A stretch of DNA of 64,000 nt from Dehalococcoidia bacterium (GTDB lineage Bacteria > Chloroflexota > Dehalococcoidia > Bin125). This document shows, in pieces, positions 50,738 to 64,000 of this stretch; within the stretch, counting starts at the first letter, position 1, and every line of letters begins with the position of its first letter. The stretch spans positions 532,433-596,432 of the forward strand of contig CBDBQC010000003.1 of NCBI GenBank assembly GCA_965209205.1. Reading direction: 5' to 3'. The notes below the pieces were generated by a model. That model was not told the DNA's origin. It made no database searches and saw only the letters and a list, made by a program, of their open reading frames with translations. The position numbers and the translations under genes were made by a program.

Positions 50738-51775
50738 ATGAGCGACACCATCCTGGCGCTGGAATCCTCCTGCGATGAGTACGCGGCCGCCGTGGTCGAG
50801 GACGGGCGCGAGGTGCTGGCCTCGGTCGTCGCCTCGCAGGCGGAGCTGCACGCGCGCTACGGCGGCGTCGTGCCCGAGGTGGCGGGGCGCGAGCACCTGC
50901 GCAGCGTGGCGCCGGTGCTGGAGGCCGTGCTGGCCGAGGCGGGCCGCGACTGGGCGTCGATCGACGCCATCGCGGTCACCCAGGGCCCCGGCCTGGGCGG
51001 CTCGCTGCTGGTGGGGATCAACGCCGCCAAGGCCGTGGCCTGGGCGCGCGACCTGCCCTGCATCCCCGTGCACCACATCGAGGGGCACCTCTACGCCAAC
51101 TGGCTGTCCCCCTCGCTCGACGCCTACGACGGCGCGCCGCCGCCCTTCCCGGTGCTCTGCCTGGTGGTCAGCGGCGGCCACACGGAGCTGCTGCTGATGC
51201 GCGGCCACGGCGACTTCCGGCGCCTCGGCCAGACCCTCGACGACGCCGCCGGCGAGGCCTTCGACAAGGTGGGGCGGCTGCTGGGGCTGCCCTTCCCCGG
51301 CGGGCCCGCCATCGAGCGCGCGGCGCGCGACCGCGCGCCGGCCGCGCGGCTGCCCCGGGCCTGGCTGCGCGGCAGCGACGACTTCTCGTTCAGCGGCCTC
51401 AAGACGGCGGTGCTGCAGCGCGTGCGGGCGCAGGCCGACGGCGGCGCCGCCATCGTGCGCGACCCCGGCCCCCTGGCGCGCGCCTTCCAGGACTCCGTCG
51501 TCGACGTGCTGTCGGCCAAGACGGCCCGCGCGGCCGCGGAGCACGGCGCGCGCACGGTGATCATCGCCGGCGGCGTGGCGGCCAACGGGGCGCTGCGCGC
51601 GGCGCTGGAGGAGCGATCGCCGGTCCCGGTGCGCTGGCCGCCGCCGCGGCTCTGCACCGACAACGCGGCGATGATCGGCGGGGCCGCCTTCTACCGCCGC
51701 CGGGCCGACCCGGCCCTCGCCTTCGACCTCTTCTCGACCTCGGGGCCGGGCGTCTTCCAGGCCGGCGGCGGCTAG
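50738..51775 (+). CDS. tsaD: tRNA t6A37 threonylcarbamoyltransferase TsaD
   Basis: LESSCDE, GGVVPE, HHIEGH, VSGGHT, DDAAGEAFDK, CTDNAAMI. Confidence 0.98.
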   Translation: MSDTILALESSCDEYAAAVVEDGREVLASVVASQAELHARYGGVVPEVAGREHLRSVAPVLEAVLAEAGRDWASIDAIAVTQGPGLGGSLLVGINAAKAVAWARDLPCIPVHHIEGHLYANWLSPSLDAYDGAPPPFPVLCLVVSGGHTELLLMRGHGDFRRLGQTLDDAAGEAFDKVGRLLGLPFPGGPAIERAARDRAPAARLPRAWLRGSDDFSFSGLKTAVLQRVRAQADGGAAIVRDPGPLARAFQDSVVDVLSAKTARAAAEHGARTVIIAGGVAANGALRAALEERSPVPVRWPPPRLCTDNAAMIGGAAFYRRRADPALAFDLFSTSGPGVFQAGGG

Positions 51776-53037
51776 CCGCGCCCGCCCGGCGGGCCCTCGG
51801 GGCCGGCGGTGGGACTGGCCGCCGGCCCCTCGGGGCCGGCGTTGGGACTGGGCAGCGGCGCCCGGCCGGGGCGCAGGCCGGCCACCCGCGCCAGCGGACA
51901 GACGGCGCAGGCCCCCGCCCGGCAGTAGCAGCGCTCCAGCGACAGCAGGGCCTGCGTCGAGCCGTTGCGCCAGTCCTCCAGCCCGCCCGCGGCGAGCCGC
52001 GCGCGCAGCGCCTCGGTGCGGCCGTAGCGCGCCCCGCCCAGCCGCTGCCAGGCGCCGATCAGCTCCGCGTCGGGCGCCCGCGCCAGCGCGAAGGGGTAGG
52101 CCGCGTCGACGAGCAGCTGCCGCGCCCGCTCGGCGCCCAGCAGGCGCGGCACGCGCAGGGCCGCGACGGCCTCGCGCTCGGGCGCCCGCGCCAGCCCGAT
52201 CAGGCCCCCGGCCAGCGAGCCGCCGCCCGCCGCGTGCAGGCGCAGGAGCAGCACGGCCGCCGCCGCCAGGCGTCGCCGCGGCCCGTTGGCGGGACGTCCC
52301 GTGGCCGCGGCGGGCATGTCGGGCAGGGCGCCCTGCAGCCGCGCCGCCAGCGCGACCACACGAGGTGCATCGGCGGCGGGCCCATCGGCGGCGGGCCCGT
52401 CCCGGGCCCGGCCGGCGGCGCCCGGATCGTGCGTCGCCGCCCACGACCCCAGGCCCTCGCGCAGCCGCGCCCAGGGCAGCCGATCGGGGATGCGCGCGAT
52501 GCCGCTTCCCCCCGCGCCCAGGGCGGCGAACAGCGCCCCGTAGGCGGCGGCGTCCGCCGCCTCGTCTCCGGGCCCCGCTCCGGCCCCGGCCGGCCGCAGC
52601 CGCCCGGCCTTGGCCAGCAGCCGCTCGCGCGAGAGCCGCCGCAGGGCCCCCGCGACGGCGGCCGCCCCGCCCCGCTGCACGACCTCGCTGCAGGGCGGCG
52701 GCGCGGCCGGGCCGCCGCGCACGAGCCGGGCGTCGCGCGGCGGCCCCGGCGCCGGCGCCGGCCCGGGCGAGCGCTGTGCCGAGAGCTGGAAGAGCACGCG
52801 CGCGTAGGCCGGGTCCGCGTCGTGGCCGTGCGCGCGCCAGCCGGCCGCCCGGCGATGGATCTCCACGTCGCCGCGCAGCGCCGGGCCCCAGGCGGGCAGC
52901 AGCAGCGCGTCGCGGAAGTCCGGGCCGGGGCCGTGGTTCCAGGTCCCCGCGAAGAGCACCCGCCACTCGCGGCCCGAGTCCTCGCGCAGGCGGGCGGGCG
53001 GCGCGGTCGCCCAGCCGCGCTGCAGCGCCGCCTCCAT
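51772..53037 (-). CDS. DUF2851-family protein
   Basis: GTWNHGPGPDFRDA, GDVEIH, W..HGHD.DPAY, C-terminal YC...C..CP. Confidence 0.85.
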   Translation of the reverse strand: MEAALQRGWATAPPARLREDSGREWRVLFAGTWNHGPGPDFRDALLLPAWGPALRGDVEIHRRAAGWRAHGHDADPAYARVLFQLSAQRSPGPAPAPGPPRDARLVRGGPAAPPPCSEVVQRGGAAAVAGALRRLSRERLLAKAGRLRPAGAGAGPGDEAADAAAYGALFAALGAGGSGIARIPDRLPWARLREGLGSWAATHDPGAAGRARDGPAADGPAADAPRVVALAARLQGALPDMPAAATGRPANGPRRRLAAAAVLLLRLHAAGGGSLAGGLIGLARAPEREAVAALRVPRLLGAERARQLLVDAAYPFALARAPDAELIGAWQRLGGARYGRTEALRARLAAGGLEDWRNGSTQALLSLERCYCRAGACAVCPLARVAGLRPGRAPLPSPNAGPEGPAASPTAGPEGPPGGRG

Positions 53038-53082
53038 CTCGATGCGCGGTTGCGCCTGTGTTGGCGCTTGCACGCGGCGGCG

Positions 53083-53379
53083 CTACGTCCCCGGGGGCGG
53101 CGGCCCGGCCGGTGCCTCCCCCGGCGGCCCGGCCAGCTCGTCGCGGCGCGGCGGCCCGTAGTAGCCGGCCTCCTCCGCGATCAGCGTCAGCAGCCGCGCC
53201 GAGGCGCCGCGCGGGCGGTAGCGCCCGGTCTCCCATTCCGAGACGGTCTGCTGGCGCGCGTTGACCTCGTCGGCGAACTGGCGCTGGCTCATGCGCAGGT
53301 GCTCGCGCAGGGCGCGCACGCCGCTTTCGTCCCAGTCGTCGTCGCGCGGCTGCCGTCCGCGGGCGCTGTACGGGGCCAT
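53083..53379 (-). CDS. XRE-family HTH regulator
   Basis: VRALREHLRMSQRQFADEVNARQQTVSEWETG; leaderless -10 TATCCT 7 nt before ATG 53379. Confidence 0.9.
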   Translation of the reverse strand: MAPYSARGRQPRDDDWDESGVRALREHLRMSQRQFADEVNARQQTVSEWETGRYRPRGASARLLTLIAEEAGYYGPPRRDELAGPPGEAPAGPPPPGT

Positions 53380-53576
53380 GCCCTGCAGGATACACGCTAA
53401 CAGGTAATCCCGCGAGTCCCCCGGCGTCGCGCCGGAAGCGCGCAGGTGGGCACGCCGGAGGCGCGCGGGTGGGCGCGCGGCCGACCCGCGCAACGCGGCG
53501 GCGCCCCGGCGGGCGGGGCGCGGCCTGTGCGACGCGCACGCTTGCACGATCTCCCGCGGCTCGGATAGGATGCCTC

Positions 53577-53603
53577 TTGGCACTCGCCGCCTGGGAGTGC
53601 TAA
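53577..53603 (+). promoter_or_regulatory. CIRCE operator of groESL
   Basis: TTGGCACTC-N9-GAGTGCTAA; TTGCAC (53542) / TAGGAT (53566) promoter upstream. Confidence 0.95.
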
Positions 53604-53681
53604 TCAACCGCGAAGGGCCGCTGCGGGCGGGGAGAATCCCCAGCCGGGCGGGCGAATGCAGACGACGAAGGACTGAAAGCA

Positions 53682-53990
53682 ATGGCGAACAAGGAAAGCG
53701 CACGGCTCGAACCGCTGAACGACCGGGTGGTGGTCACTCCGGTGCAGCAGGAGCAGGTGCTCGACAGCGGCCTGGTCATCCCCGACACGGCCAAGGAGAA
53801 GCCCCAGCAGGGCGAGGTGATCGCGGTGGGCCCCGGCAAGCGCGATGATTCCGGCGGCCGCGTGCCGATCGGGATCGAGATCGGCGACCGGATTCTGTAC
53901 AAGAAGTACACCGGCCAGGACATCAAGATCGACCGCCGGGACCTGGTCGTGCTCCAGGAGAGCGAGATCCTGGCCAAGGTGATCGTGTAG
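53682..53990 (+). CDS. groES: Co-chaperonin GroES
   Basis: [32 protein letters not shown]. Confidence 0.98.
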   Translation: MANKESARLEPLNDRVVVTPVQQEQVLDSGLVIPDTAKEKPQQGEVIAVGPGKRDDSGGRVPIGIEIGDRILYKKYTGQDIKIDRRDLVVLQESEILAKVIV

Positions 53991-54141
53991 CGCGCGGCGG
54001 CGCCCCATCGGGCCCGGCCCCCGCGGGGGCCTGACGGGCCTCGGGCGGCGGCGCCGGGCAAGCGCGACGGCGGAGGGATCCTCGCCGGGTTCCTCGCACA
54101 GCAGACGGCCGGCCCCGGGGCCGGCGGAAGGGACGGACGAC

Positions 54142-55764
<1,623 letters not shown>

Positions 55765-55811
55765 GCCCGACCACCCGTCCGGGCCCCCTGGGGCCCGATC
55801 GAGACAGCGAG

Positions 55812-55838
55812 AAGCCGGGGCCCGCGGGCCCCGGCTTT
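55812..55838. terminator. Hairpin terminator between convergent groEL and rpoC
   Basis: AAGCCGGGGCCC-gc-GGGCCCCGGCTT followed by a pyrimidine run. Confidence 0.7.
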
Positions 55839-55908
55839 CCTCGTATCCGCCTCCCGAGGCGGGCGCGGCGCGGACCGGCGCGGCGGCCGGTCCCGCGGCC
55901 GCGGGTCG

Positions 55909-64000
<8,092 letters not shown>

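Overview
Very GC-rich bacterial chromosome segment. Several protein features suggest Chloroflexota/Dehalococcoidia-like origin, but that is inference. Most of it is housekeeping: pyrG, tal, rho, CIRCE-hrcA-grpE-dnaK-dnaJ-prmA-rsmE, two M23 peptidases, two convergent MoxR/DUF58 operons, dnaE, fabF-folC, fbp-fba-rdgB-moaA-moaC, an orphan ABC binding protein, tsaD, CIRCE-groES-groEL and rpoC-rpoB (partial). The standout is a ~1.5 kb lower-GC insert (~310-1835) between two CitE/HpcH-like genes. It encodes a PvuII-family restriction endonuclease homologue converging on a Mom-family (phage Mu-type GNAT adenine-modifying) gene. That gene is translationally coupled to a 58-aa zinc-ribbon ORF missing from the ORF track, an arrangement resembling Mu com-mom. 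There is no methyltransferase, so this is a candidate restriction system protected by adenine hypermodification instead of methylation. Other observations: an IS5-family element inserted exactly in the loop of a palindromic repeat, a hairpin repeat family with covarying stems, several apparent pseudoenzymes, and a local cluster of frameshifts that are probably sequencing errors. All family assignments come from motif recognition by eye; no database searches were run.
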